From IMG/VR virus record IMGVR_UViG_3300036802_000312: a DNA stretch of 57,962 bases. One strand, written 5' to 3'. The notes beneath the pieces are model-generated. The model was not told where the DNA came from, did no database searches, and saw nothing but the letters and a program-made list of their open reading frames with translations. Shown here piece by piece: positions 30,523 to 40,306 of this stretch. A program made the position numbers and the translations under genes. The number at the start of each line of letters is the position of its first letter. Position 1 is the first letter of the stretch. Source of the DNA: an uncultured virus (IMG/VR IMGVR_UViG_3300036802_000312). Taxonomy: Duplodnaviria; Heunggongvirae; Uroviricota; Caudoviricetes.

Positions 30523-31101
30523 TTGAGAAGATATCTTCAAGCATTACTAACTATCATTGTTTGTTCATCAATCATCCCACATGAACTTGGTCATTTCGTT
30601 ACAAGACGTTTATTTAAAATGTCTGCGGATGCATTAGTTATAGGAAATCCCTATAAAGAGCCTTTATTCACGTTTGGATGGTTTAGAATCGGGACTGTTA
30701 GCTTAGAAATTGAAGGAATGGTTATTTCAAATTCAAAAAACAGCGCTAATCTCCCTATTTGGAAACGGGTCACGATTTCATTTGCGGGACCGTTGATGGA
30801 TTTAATTTCTTCAATCATATTAATTCAGTTGTACAAAAACTTATTTTCGGGAATTTCTATTTCTATAAATTTAGAAACATTTGTCCTTATCCTTGCTATT
30901 CTCTTCTGCTCAAAGTTTATGTTTTCCGCTGTTTGGAACATGTTTCCGAAGAGAAAAATTGTACATGATAGCGAAGATTGGTCGGAGTATGACGGTTATA
31001 AAATAAAAATGGCAAGTTCGTCATTTTGGTTCATTTGTATGATCATCACTCTTGCTGTAGTCACCTACGATTTAATAGAACTTTTATTTCTTTGGAATTA
31101 G
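30523..31101 (+). CDS. M50-family (site-2) intramembrane metalloprotease
   Basis: HELGH, FAGPLMD and NMFP..DG; GGAGG SD. Confidence 0.8.
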   Translation: MRRYLQALLTIIVCSSIIPHELGHFVTRRLFKMSADALVIGNPYKEPLFTFGWFRIGTVSLEIEGMVISNSKNSANLPIWKRVTISFAGPLMDLISSIILIQLYKNLFSGISISINLETFVLILAILFCSKFMFSAVWNMFPKRKIVHDSEDWSEYDGYKIKMASSSFWFICMIITLAVVTYDLIELLFLWN

Positions 31102-31202
31102 TATTCACTACGAAGCAAAATGAAAAGCACTTAAGAGAACCCAAGTACTTTTTATTTTGCTTCCTTAATGTTATTAACATCAAACAAATGGAATTCACTT
31201 TT

Positions 31203-31234
31203 TGCTATACTATGATTATAAGAACAAACGTTTG
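31203..31234 (+). promoter_or_regulatory. extended -10 promoter with LexA (Cheo/SOS) box
   Basis: TGCTATACT at 31203-31211; AGAAC-AAAC-GTTTG at 31221-31234 matches the Firmicute CGAAC-RNRY-GTTYG consensus. Confidence 0.7.
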
Positions 31235-31253
31235 AAAAGGTGGTGCATCCCAA

Positions 31254-32186
31254 TTGAGTCTTAACAAGTGGATTCGTTACTTCTTATCTGAAATGCAAAG
31301 TATAAATAACTCTCCTCATACAATACGAAATTACGGCTATGATTTCGAACAATTCATTTCATATCTTCGAAATGAACAACTTCCAATGCAAATGGATACA
31401 GAACTTTTCAAAAAAACATGCCATAATTATTTTCTTTCTTTAGAGACTTATTACAATCAAGATCTTAAAGAAGATCTTATGTATGGTGAAAATTCTATTA
31501 ATCGAAAACGTTCTTCTATTCGCAGTTTTGTTAGATTCTTGTTTCGGATGGGTTATATTACCGAAGATTTTTCCGAACAGATCGAGTTTAACAGAACATT
31601 GCCACCCCCTCCTCATGTTTTACTAAGCGGACATGAAATTCAAGAAATTCTCCGTATTCACGATCAACGCATCGCGTTTGGCAAAACAGAGGATCTACGA
31701 TTTATGCATCGAAGAAATAAGGTTGCCTTTGTTACTTTGTTAGAAACGGGAATTAAAGTGTGGGAACTTCTCATTCTGAAATGGGGAAACATTCATTTTG
31801 ACGAGCATCATATTGTCATTCCAAAAAGAAACAGCATTGAAACGAGGGTTGTTTCCTTCTCGTCTTATTTAACACGGGAATTCTACGAGTATCTTGAGCA
31901 TATTAAAAAACTGGATCATTATGATGAAAGCTTCTTGGAAGGATATTTATTTTTCGGAGCTGGGAAATCCCCTACATATGCTATTAATCCTAAAACAATT
32001 GAACGTATGATCGATTCCTTAGTTAAGGAAGCATGCATTGAAAACAAAAACGTGACCTCACAATCCCTTCGACATACGATGGCTAATTATCAGATAGAAC
32101 AAGCAAAGAGTATCTCTGAACTCACCCCTATTCTTGGTTATAGTCGGAAATCAGTGACAAAACATATGTACCAAAAAAATCATTAA
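31254..32186 (+). CDS. XerC/D-like tyrosine recombinase with a degenerate active site
   Basis: SAM-like N-domain (SPHTIRNY, SINRKRSSIRSF); TGIKVWEL, QSLRHT, LGYS, MY. Confidence 0.85.
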   Translation: MSLNKWIRYFLSEMQSINNSPHTIRNYGYDFEQFISYLRNEQLPMQMDTELFKKTCHNYFLSLETYYNQDLKEDLMYGENSINRKRSSIRSFVRFLFRMGYITEDFSEQIEFNRTLPPPPHVLLSGHEIQEILRIHDQRIAFGKTEDLRFMHRRNKVAFVTLLETGIKVWELLILKWGNIHFDEHHIVIPKRNSIETRVVSFSSYLTREFYEYLEHIKKLDHYDESFLEGYLFFGAGKSPTYAINPKTIERMIDSLVKEACIENKNVTSQSLRHTMANYQIEQAKSISELTPILGYSRKSVTKHMYQKNH

Positions 32187-32268
32187 TAAGTTAAATGCCT
32201 AAAAAATGGTCACACCAATGGTGTGGCTTTTTTATTTTCCGGATTTTTTGTACTTCAACCTATTGTAT

Positions 32269-32312
32269 ATTGCTTATAGTCAATAATAGATTGTATAATG
32301 ACTATATCAAAT
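32269..32312 (+). promoter_or_regulatory. ftsH sigmaA promoter with operator copy 5 and a weaker second site
   Basis: TTGCTT-18-TATAAT; ATTGCTTATAGTCAAT at 32269-32284 and AATGACTATATCAAAT at 32297-32312. Confidence 0.75.
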
Positions 32313-32343
32313 ATGAGAGTCATACTGGAAAGAGGGATTTTAA

Positions 32344-34179
32344 GTGAAGCAATTTTGGAATAATACCAAAGCATGGATGAAGAAGAATAAAATAACGGTA
32401 ATTATCGGATTTATTATTTTTTTATTCCTTTCTCAACTTTTGTTAAGTGTTTTGAATTCCCAAGAACCTAAAAAGTTGGAGTACACAGCATTTACGAAAA
32501 TGATAGAAGAGAAAAAAGTGAAATCAGTTAATATCAATCTTACTTCTTCGATGTTTACCTTTAAAGACAATGACGACATTACCCACAAAACAGATAATCC
32601 AAAGCGTCAAAATTTTAAAGATGAATTATTGACTAAAGGAATTGAGGTTAATGAGATTGATCCAGCATCAGGAAGAATCGCTCAGAATATGATCAGCAGC
32701 ATCGTTAACATCGTAATATGGATTGCTGTATTCATGTTTATCATGCAATACATGCAAAAACGCATGGGAAAGTCAAAAATTCAAGAATTTGATTTCAAAG
32801 AAGATGAAAAAACATCCTCAAAATCAAATGTTAAAAATGATGGAAAAAGCATCGGAAAATCAAAAAGAACAACGTTTAAACAAATTGCTGGTCACAACGA
32901 AGCTAAAGAAGATATGAAGTTTCTTGTTGATTTCCTGAAAAACCCGAAAAAATATACAGATATGGGAGCCAAATTACCTACAGGTGCAATCTTTTATGGT
33001 CCCCCAGGGACAGGAAAAACGTTATTTGCTAAAGCCGTAGCAGGTGAAGCGGGTGTTCCATTTTTTGCTGTCAGCGGTTCAGACTTTGTTGAAAAATACG
33101 TAGGTGAAGGAGCAAGCCGTGTTCGAGACATGTTTGCACTTGCTCGTAAAAAGGCTCCCTGCATTATCTTCATTGATGAAATTGATGCTCTTGGTGGCAG
33201 TCGAGATCGTGAGTCTCACTCTGAGCAACGCCAAACTTTAAATGCTGTTTTGAAAGAAATGGACGGTTTTGATTCAAATGAAGGCATTATTGTCATTGGG
33301 GCTACTAACCGTTTAGAAGATTTAGATACCGCCTTTATCCGCCCAGGTCGATTCGATAAGCATATTGCAATTGATTTGCCTGACCAAAAGAGCCGACTTG
33401 AAATTTTGAAAATTCACTCAAGCAACAAACACTTAGGAAGTGATGTGAATCTTGAGGAATTATCAAAAATGACAGTTGGTTTATCAGGCGCATCTCTTGA
33501 AGCTATTTTAAATGAGGCAGCTATTCTTGCAACTACTCGAAATCGAAAAGAAATTTCATATTCAGATATTGATGATGCGTATTTCAAAACGATCATGCAG
33601 GGTCACAAAAAAACGGATGGCGACAAGCGCCAAGAAGATGAAATTCGATTAGTTTCATGGCACGAAGCAGGTCACGCTCTTGTTGCTAAACTATTGACTG
33701 ATAAAGAGGTACCGAAAGTAACAATCATCCCTTCCACTTCTGGTGCAGGAGGAGTCGCCTTTATTGTTCCAAAGAAAATGGGCTTATATAGCAAGGAAGA
33801 GCTTATCAATGATATTAAAATTTCTTACGCTGGACGTGCCGCTGAGTACCTACTACTTGGTAGTGAAATGAAAGTAACAACGGGGGCATCATCCGATATT
33901 GAAAGTGCAACAAAGAAAATCAAGATGATGATTACACAAGTTGGTATGAGCGAAACCTTTGGCATGCTAAATCTTAACGATCTGAAATCAGACAATGATG
34001 CGATTATGGAAGAAGCAGTCAAGTTATCAAAACAACTCTATAAGGAAACAGTTCGTTTACTCTTCGAACATAAAGAAACACTTGAAGCTATTGCCGAAGC
34101 TTTAACTGAGAAGGAAAGTTTGAATGAAGAAGAACTGATGGAAATCATTAATTATTCAAAAATTGACCACCAAGTTTAA
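32344..34179 (+). CDS. ftsH: ATP-dependent zinc metalloprotease FtsH
   Basis: Two TMs, [17 protein letters not shown] (ATNR..LD.A.IRPGRFD), HEAGH, GRAAE, TGASSD. Confidence 0.96.
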   Translation: MKQFWNNTKAWMKKNKITVIIGFIIFLFLSQLLLSVLNSQEPKKLEYTAFTKMIEEKKVKSVNINLTSSMFTFKDNDDITHKTDNPKRQNFKDELLTKGIEVNEIDPASGRIAQNMISSIVNIVIWIAVFMFIMQYMQKRMGKSKIQEFDFKEDEKTSSKSNVKNDGKSIGKSKRTTFKQIAGHNEAKEDMKFLVDFLKNPKKYTDMGAKLPTGAIFYGPPGTGKTLFAKAVAGEAGVPFFAVSGSDFVEKYVGEGASRVRDMFALARKKAPCIIFIDEIDALGGSRDRESHSEQRQTLNAVLKEMDGFDSNEGIIVIGATNRLEDLDTAFIRPGRFDKHIAIDLPDQKSRLEILKIHSSNKHLGSDVNLEELSKMTVGLSGASLEAILNEAAILATTRNRKEISYSDIDDAYFKTIMQGHKKTDGDKRQEDEIRLVSWHEAGHALVAKLLTDKEVPKVTIIPSTSGAGGVAFIVPKKMGLYSKEELINDIKISYAGRAAEYLLLGSEMKVTTGASSDIESATKKIKMMITQVGMSETFGMLNLNDLKSDNDAIMEEAVKLSKQLYKETVRLLFEHKETLEAIAEALTEKESLNEEELMEIINYSKIDHQV

Positions 34180-34315
34180 GAAAAGAATTACTGATCAACA
34201 GAACCGCTAATAAATTATATGCCTAAATAAGCAGAGGGAAATAAAAGAGACATTAATATAATGTCTCCACTCCTCCCTTCTTTTTTCGATGTTTTAAATC
34301 TTACAAAAAAAGGAG

Positions 34316-34591
34316 TTGATTAATATGAAAGAATGTATGATTTGCGGTGGAAAAATTGTCCTTCAATGTAGGTGTAGACGTGCAGATGCTGAATGTGAAA
34401 ATGGTCATTCCTATCATTGGTCGCCTTTTCACAATGAGTACCACGAAGGAATGAGTGACCATAGCACTGGTACTGGCAGCCCTGAATGTTGCTCAAACAA
34501 AGAGGTTATAATCCCCAATAACGCTAAAAATATAAAAGGAGATCCGTTAGGAATGAAAGAGATTAAAGCCTTGAAGGGAGGTGCTTCATAA
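34316..34591 (+). CDS. Cys/His-rich small protein
   Basis: CMICGG..CRC..C.NGH.YH. Confidence 0.65.
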   Translation: MINMKECMICGGKIVLQCRCRRADAECENGHSYHWSPFHNEYHEGMSDHSTGTGSPECCSNKEVIIPNNAKNIKGDPLGMKEIKALKGGAS

Positions 34592-34788
34592 TGACATTTA
34601 AATTCTTAATGAAAACATTTTTTTCTATAACTCTTGGAACTTTAACCGGATTTACACTTGGTTTTTTATCTGAATTTTATCAATTACCTCCTCATTTTGA
34701 TTTTATGGTTGCAACAATTTGTATTAGTTACATTGTTTATAAAATCGTAAAATCCTATAAGAAATATTTAAGAGAGTATTATATTTAA
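34591..34788 (+). CDS. small membrane protein
   Basis: GGAGG SD; two TMs. Confidence 0.6.
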   Translation: MTFKFLMKTFFSITLGTLTGFTLGFLSEFYQLPPHFDFMVATICISYIVYKIVKSYKKYLREYYI

Positions 34789-34798
34789 AAGAGAACAC

Positions 34799-34848
34799 TC
34801 AAGGAAGTTCATTCAAGGAAGTTCATTCAATGAACTTCCTTCGTCTTT
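34799..34848 (+). terminator. terminator hairpin with a tandemly duplicated arm
   Basis: TCAAGGAAGTTCAT twice, then AATGAACTTCCTT. Confidence 0.6.
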
Positions 34849-35200
34849 TGAAGGTTCAGCAAATCAAAAGGTACTCACAAAATATAATAAAAATTGGTAT
34901 ATAAATGATTTATCTTTATTCACCCATCGTAGGTCTTTGTATATTAAGTAGCATTTATCAGATTCGGACTTATGAGGGTGATGAAACTCAAGATTCCACC
35001 TTTAAAATTGTTTTGATTGCAGTTATTGTTTTTTGCGCTCAATCAATTTCAGGTGAAGTTAGGGAACGATCATTCCCAATATGAAGTGTCGAATTTAAAT
35101 GTTCCGTCCTCTTATAATTCCTCCGAAAACACGTAACATATCTTATATCATTTTATAAAAAAGGAACTTTTAATAGTTGATTTGAAAAGGAGAGAATTTT

Positions 35201-35920
35201 ATGGCAAAAACAAAATTTTACGCAATCAAGCATGGTGTAGATCCACAAACAAATTTAACCGTTGGAGCGTTAATCCTTGATACAACATGGGCAGATGCTG
35301 AACGTTATATCAAAGGTGTTAAAGGTGCTGAATTCAAAAGTTTTACTAAACGTGAAGATGCTGAAGCTTATATTCAAGGCGATAGCAGTTCTTTAGCTGT
35401 GAACTTAGAAATGCAACCTGACGTATTTTATTGCTTTGTAGATGGTAGCTTTAATCAAGAGATTCCGAATTACTCTTTTGGTCTTTGTGCAATCATGAAT
35501 GAAAAGGTTGTTCATATTAACAATGGTCAAGGGAGTAATCCTTCTGCAATAGCAATGCAACAAGTGGGTGGTGAACTTCTTGGAGCACTTATGTCTCTTG
35601 TTTATGCGAAAAGCCGTGATATTAAAAAAGTTGTGATTCTTCATGACTACTTAGGTGTGGCGAACCACGCCACTGGTACTTGGAAAAGAGATAGTGATTA
35701 CTCAAAGGTCTATCACAATTGGATGCAAAATTTCTTTAAATCAAATCCAGAAATGAACATTAGTTTTTTAAAAGTCGATGCACATACAGGAAACGATTTT
35801 AATGAGATTGCAGATGGATTAGCGAAAATGGCGCTTGGTATTACGCCTAATCCGATTTTCTATCGGATGGTTGAAAAACATAATGTGAAACTGAGTGAAG
35901 ATTTGTTTTTTGCAGTCTAA
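35201..35920 (+). CDS. rnhA: ribonuclease HI with an N-terminal viroplasmin-like hybrid-binding domain
   Basis: KFYAIK..W......GV.GAEFKSF; FVDGSF, GEL, HDY, KVDAHTG..FNE.AD. Confidence 0.9.
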   Translation: MAKTKFYAIKHGVDPQTNLTVGALILDTTWADAERYIKGVKGAEFKSFTKREDAEAYIQGDSSSLAVNLEMQPDVFYCFVDGSFNQEIPNYSFGLCAIMNEKVVHINNGQGSNPSAIAMQQVGGELLGALMSLVYAKSRDIKKVVILHDYLGVANHATGTWKRDSDYSKVYHNWMQNFFKSNPEMNISFLKVDAHTGNDFNEIADGLAKMALGITPNPIFYRMVEKHNVKLSEDLFFAV

Positions 35921-36033
35921 CCTTTCTCTTTCATATTGTTTCATTTAAGAGTTTTCGGGGAGGTTTTCCACAAACTCCCCTTTCTCTTACTTAATAGAAA
36001 TACAAAGATAACAATATCAAGGGGGAATCGATC

Positions 36034-36213
36034 ATGACATGGACAAAAAGAAAGACTCAACAAGAAATTGAAAAAGCGGAAGCTAAAATATCAGAGCTTG
36101 AACAAGCTAAATTGTTGCTTTCAGAGAATGACCATGGTGAAGCGATATCAGCAATCAACATCTGTATTGATCATTGGAGGGAATCTATTGTAGTGTTTAA
36201 ATCCAAAAAATAA
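36034..36213 (+). CDS. 59-aa coiled-coil protein, not in the ORF track
   Basis: AAGGGGG SD; MTWTKRKTQQEIEKAE...FKSKK*. Confidence 0.65.
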   Translation: MTWTKRKTQQEIEKAEAKISELEQAKLLLSENDHGEAISAINICIDHWRESIVVFKSKK

Positions 36214-36235
36214 AAATAATCTGGAGGTATTCATA

Positions 36236-36964
36236 ATGGATCCAACTAACAAGCTACTATTTCCTTTGTGTAAACAAGTTTTGATATCTGATAATTCAAA
36301 TTCCTTTACAAATATCGATTACTCTTATCAAACGGAAATCCTCATAAATGATCATGTAGGTGCATTCGGAACAGTTCGTAAAAATCATACGCACGAAGGC
36401 GTGGATCTCTATTGTCTTCCTGGTGATGAAGTCTTTGCGATGGAAGATGGTGTTGTAACCCTTATAGAAGAGTTCACTGGTGAGTTTACAAACCCTCCTT
36501 CTCCCTGGTGGTCAAACACCAGAGCGGTTCACATAGAGGGACAAGCTGGTGTAATTGTATATGGAGAACTTCTTGAAGATGAATCTATAGCTCTTGGTAA
36601 AACAGTTAAGCAAGGGGATTTGATTGGCAAAGTGGAAACGGTACTTCGAAAAGACAAAGGTCGCCCAATGACGATGCTTCATCTCGAATTATATGAACAT
36701 GGAGCCAGAGCTTCCGTTACATGGGATGTCGGTGTTGAAAAACCTATTTTACTAAAAGACCCTACTCCCCTACTCCTCTCATCGATGAATGCCATTCGTC
36801 AAGTAGACATTCAATGTATGAATTGTGGAGGATTCGGATGGATTCCCATTATGATGTTATCACAAATTGCTGATCAAGAAGTTTGTCCAGAATGCAAAGG
36901 AACAAAGGGACAAAGCGTTGATCTCTACTTCGCTAAACTTTCAGGTGAAGATTACAAGCTTTAA
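36236..36964 (+). CDS. M23-family peptidase with a C-terminal zinc finger
   Basis: HEGVDL, AMEDG.V, VKQGDLIG.V, MLHLE; CMNCGGFG..CPECKG. Confidence 0.8.
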   Translation: MDPTNKLLFPLCKQVLISDNSNSFTNIDYSYQTEILINDHVGAFGTVRKNHTHEGVDLYCLPGDEVFAMEDGVVTLIEEFTGEFTNPPSPWWSNTRAVHIEGQAGVIVYGELLEDESIALGKTVKQGDLIGKVETVLRKDKGRPMTMLHLELYEHGARASVTWDVGVEKPILLKDPTPLLLSSMNAIRQVDIQCMNCGGFGWIPIMMLSQIADQEVCPECKGTKGQSVDLYFAKLSGEDYKL

Positions 36965-36996
36965 ATGAGGAAGAATAACCAAGGAGGAACTATAAA

Positions 36997-37200
36997 ATGA
37001 AAGATGTAACGTTATCGAAAAAGCAAGCCCAAACGATTAATGATATTGTCGTTCGAGAACACATATCCATTTCCACATTGAAACTCCATTTGCTTCATGT
37101 TCATGGAGAACATACCTGGGAAGGTAAGTACGAGCCTCTGAATGGAATACCATTTGAAACGCTTTTTAGAGCCATTTATTGCGGTTATAACATTGAATAA
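36997..37200 (+). CDS. hypothetical protein
   Basis: AAGGAGG SD. Confidence 0.65.
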   Translation: MKDVTLSKKQAQTINDIVVREHISISTLKLHLLHVHGEHTWEGKYEPLNGIPFETLFRAIYCGYNIE

Positions 37201-37226
37201 AGACTGGAAAGGAAGAACAAAAACGA

Positions 37227-37634
37227 GTGATGATAGGTTTATTAAATATAATTCGGTTTTTTAAAAAGAGAAATACAATTATTATCAATGGTCAAAAAAT
37301 TCAAACAATTGGTAGCAATATTGAGATTAATGGAGAAAACATTCTCGTCGATGGACAAGTTGTAAAAAACGGCTTGGCAGGTACTGTGAAAATTCAATTC
37401 GAAGGCGATATAGCCTCAATAAAATCGGATACAAGTGTTACTGTAAACGGCAATGTACATGGCAACGTTGACGCGGGAGGATCAATTATATGTCAACAGG
37501 TTGGTAGAGATGTTGATGCTGGCGGTAGCGTAACCTGTACTGATATTCAGGGAGATGTAGATGCTGGAGGATCTGTAACCTGCGGTGAAATCCACGGAAA
37601 TGTCCATGCTGGTGGTAGCGTTAGATATCGATAG
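37227..37634 (+). CDS. beta-helix repeat protein (bactofilin/DUF4097-like)
   Basis: Four GxVxAGGS repeats. Confidence 0.7.
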   Translation: MMIGLLNIIRFFKKRNTIIINGQKIQTIGSNIEINGENILVDGQVVKNGLAGTVKIQFEGDIASIKSDTSVTVNGNVHGNVDAGGSIICQQVGRDVDAGGSVTCTDIQGDVDAGGSVTCGEIHGNVHAGGSVRYR

Positions 37635-37708
37635 TTTAAAGGAGAAGGGATTATTTGATCCTTTCTCTCTTCATTTCAGGTGTTAACGCTTGCAAATTTT
37701 AAATAAGG

Positions 37709-38008
37709 GTGATTAGACCAATGAATTCTTATAGAAAAAGAAACAAAAAGAAAGCTGATTTAAATAAAAATTCAACTAAAGTTATTACACGTAACTTCGT
37801 TCAAGAAATTTCAAAGCCTTTTTTGCAGTATATTGTCTACTCTACGAATCCATCTCTGCTTGAGGTACATGGAGAAGTTTATGTCCCTCATATAAAAAAG
37901 GATTGGGTAATCCTTACTACTCATTTATCAGAACAGGAAATTTTAAATATTGATAACGTTTTGAAAGTGGATAAATGCAGAGAGGGACAACTGGTTAGTC
38001 ACCAATGA
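37709..38008 (+). CDS. hypothetical protein
   Basis: ORF in operon orientation. Confidence 0.5.
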   Translation: MIRPMNSYRKRNKKKADLNKNSTKVITRNFVQEISKPFLQYIVYSTNPSLLEVHGEVYVPHIKKDWVILTTHLSEQEILNIDNVLKVDKCREGQLVSHQ

Positions 38009-38073
38009 TTTTATTTTTATAAATCGATAAAAAAATAGAAATTACAACTCTCATTAAAAAAGGTGACGATCTT

Positions 38074-38769
38074 ATGATGTTTAAGCAAATAAATTCAAAT
38101 AATCCAGAAAACTTAATAGAAAAAATCCATAAAAAAAAACAACTGGAGGAATGGAGAAAAGTAACAGTCGGGGCAACAGGACATCGTTCAGATAGAATGG
38201 GAGGTTATCATAATTCACTTGGCGGTTATGACCGTAATCATTATATTGCAATTGAACTTCGCAAATCGACTTTGGAGATAATAGAAGACCTTATTGTAAA
38301 CCAAGGAATGTCGCGATTTATTTCTGGCGGGGCTTTGGGCTTCGATACTTTATTCTTTTGGTGCGTAAATCATTTAAAAGCAAAATACCCTCACATTGAA
38401 AATGTGTTAGCAATTCCATTCATAAACCAGTGGGTAGCCTGGGTAGATACATTGCCTCTCGCAGTTGAATGGTATCACAAAATGGTTGCTAAAGCTGATT
38501 TAGTGATAGATGTAGCACGTCAACCTGAATATGAAACAGGCGAAGATCGCAGTCTTAACCCTATCTCGCTTGATGATTTCACAAAGCAAAAGATGTTTAA
38601 ACGGAATTATTACATGGTTGATCAGTCTCGTTACTTAATTGCCTTTTTCAATGGAGAATCAAGAAGCGGGACAGCAAATTGCCTCAAATATGCTCAGCGC
38701 GGTGTAATAACTCGTCCATCAATTGTACGTATCGATCCCCGATTCGGATTTAAACCGAATTATTACTAA
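38074..38769 (+). CDS. SLOG YspA/DUF1273-family protein
   Basis: TGHR, FISGGALGFD, RNYYMVDQS, SGTANC. Confidence 0.88.
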   Translation: MMFKQINSNNPENLIEKIHKKKQLEEWRKVTVGATGHRSDRMGGYHNSLGGYDRNHYIAIELRKSTLEIIEDLIVNQGMSRFISGGALGFDTLFFWCVNHLKAKYPHIENVLAIPFINQWVAWVDTLPLAVEWYHKMVAKADLVIDVARQPEYETGEDRSLNPISLDDFTKQKMFKRNYYMVDQSRYLIAFFNGESRSGTANCLKYAQRGVITRPSIVRIDPRFGFKPNYY

Positions 38770-38783
38770 TTGGAGGAATAGAC

Positions 38784-39185
38784 TTGATAATACAAAGAAC
38801 GGATAAATTTTTGAAAAAATATGGTTTAGATACATGGGGTTCGAATATTAAACCTCCTTCTCCATATACAGAGATTAGTGTTTCCGATATCGGTAGTTTT
38901 TGGACTATGTTTTCGGCATATGGCATAAAGGAAGTGGAATTTAGACAACTTTTCCTTGGAGAGAAATATGTTGAAAATGCTCATGTTCTCATTTACGCAG
39001 ATCGAATTTTGATTGTTAAAATCAAGCGTATTCAAAAAGATGGGAAGTTTTTAGATGTTCCCGTCGTTTATCGTGCAGGATGTATCCACGAATATGAGTT
39101 TATAATCCTAAACAGCAGGACTGGTAATTGCCAAAACACATGCAAGCATTGTGGATATTCTTATAGAGACTACTGCGGTGATTAA
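38784..39185 (+). CDS. hypothetical protein with a C-terminal zinc ribbon
   Basis: GCIHEY..C..TCKHCG. Confidence 0.65.
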   Translation: MIIQRTDKFLKKYGLDTWGSNIKPPSPYTEISVSDIGSFWTMFSAYGIKEVEFRQLFLGEKYVENAHVLIYADRILIVKIKRIQKDGKFLDVPVVYRAGCIHEYEFIILNSRTGNCQNTCKHCGYSYRDYCGD

Positions 39186-39376
39186 AGACTATCTTCCAGT
39201 TAAGTCATTGCAAGTTACCTTAAAGCATCTAACAAAGGAGCTTAATTTAAAAAGAAAAGATGACATACGAAAATCCCACTGAGTTAACTAACTCAATTTA
39301 TTAGCGATTCACTGAGTTATAAGCTATATTGCAACTTGCTACAATATAAGATCTCAAAAAAACAAGGAGGATTTAT

Positions 39377-40009
39377 ATGGACACACGCAATACCATTCAA
39401 CAAAAGATTTTATCTTCATTTGCAATTTCACTGATTGTAGCAAGCTTAGGTGCTTTTATAGGACAAGTTGTACCTGAATCCCTATTCTTGCCACTGGCGA
39501 TTTTCGAGCTGTTGATACTCGTCATTGCTCTCTTCTTTCGCAAGAAAAAAGGGCAGATCGGATATCCATTTCTTTACTTTTTCACATTCTTAACAGGTGT
39601 AACATCTTATCCTGTAATTGCCCATTATACAAATGAGCTTGGAGGTGTTTTAGTAGGAGTTGCCTTCTTTACAACAGCAATTGTGTTCTCGGTATTAGCT
39701 CTTTATGGGACAGTAAGTAAGAAAGATTTTTCCTTTTTAGGTGGAATTCTATTTTCAGCATTACTCGCGCTAATTATCTTAAGCATTGTGAACATCTTTT
39801 TTCCGTTAGGAAGTGCAGTCGTGTGGGTGATTACAATTGTGGGAATTATGATTTTCTCAGGATATGTAATCTATGATTTCAATATGATCAAACGTTTACC
39901 CCTTACTGAAGAAGATGTGCCGCTTATGGCATTAAACATTTACCTTGATTTCTTAAACCTTTTCATGAATATTCTAAGGTTATTTGGACTTATATCATCG
40001 AAAGATTAA
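39377..40009 (+). CDS. Bax inhibitor-1/YccA (YetJ-like) membrane protein
   Basis: Seven TMs; KKDFSFLG, YDFN, ALNIYLDFLNLF. Confidence 0.92.
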   Translation: MDTRNTIQQKILSSFAISLIVASLGAFIGQVVPESLFLPLAIFELLILVIALFFRKKKGQIGYPFLYFFTFLTGVTSYPVIAHYTNELGGVLVGVAFFTTAIVFSVLALYGTVSKKDFSFLGGILFSALLALIILSIVNIFFPLGSAVVWVITIVGIMIFSGYVIYDFNMIKRLPLTEEDVPLMALNIYLDFLNLFMNILRLFGLISSKD

Positions 40010-40150
40010 TAATTAGCAAACAAAAAAGGCTCTCTAATTGAAGTGAGTCTTTTTGTTTGCGAGTGAAATCCAAGATTTACTGTATATTGCAATCTTGAAA
40101 AGTTATGAAATTCGATTGAAAGAATCTTGTCAATGTATTATAATCATTAA

Positions 40151-40250
40151 ATCAATTACTCTCGTTGTTATTGAGTTTAACAACATTACAACTTGTTTCA
40201 CCTTGAAAGGGAATGGATAGTCACACTGACTGTCTCTTCTCTTCTTTTTT
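40151..40250 (+). ncRNA. candidate ~100-nt sRNA
   Basis: TTGAAA-17-TATAAT at 40116-40144; no ORF; hairpin 40164-40184; terminator 40205-40250 with a U tract. Confidence 0.55.
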
Positions 40251-40306
40251 ATCTTAATACTTTGCAATTCTCATTCAATTTATTACGTTGCATCTGATTT
40301 TGTTTT

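Noticed and set aside
32269..32312. CtsR or HrcA control of ftsH
   Set aside because: No tandem RGTCAAA repeats or CIRCE element; the site is an inverted repeat shared with non-heat-shock genes.
3565..35093. Spo0A boxes TGTCGAA at 3565 and 35087
   Set aside because: A 7-mer is expected by chance several times in 58 kb, and these are single copies.
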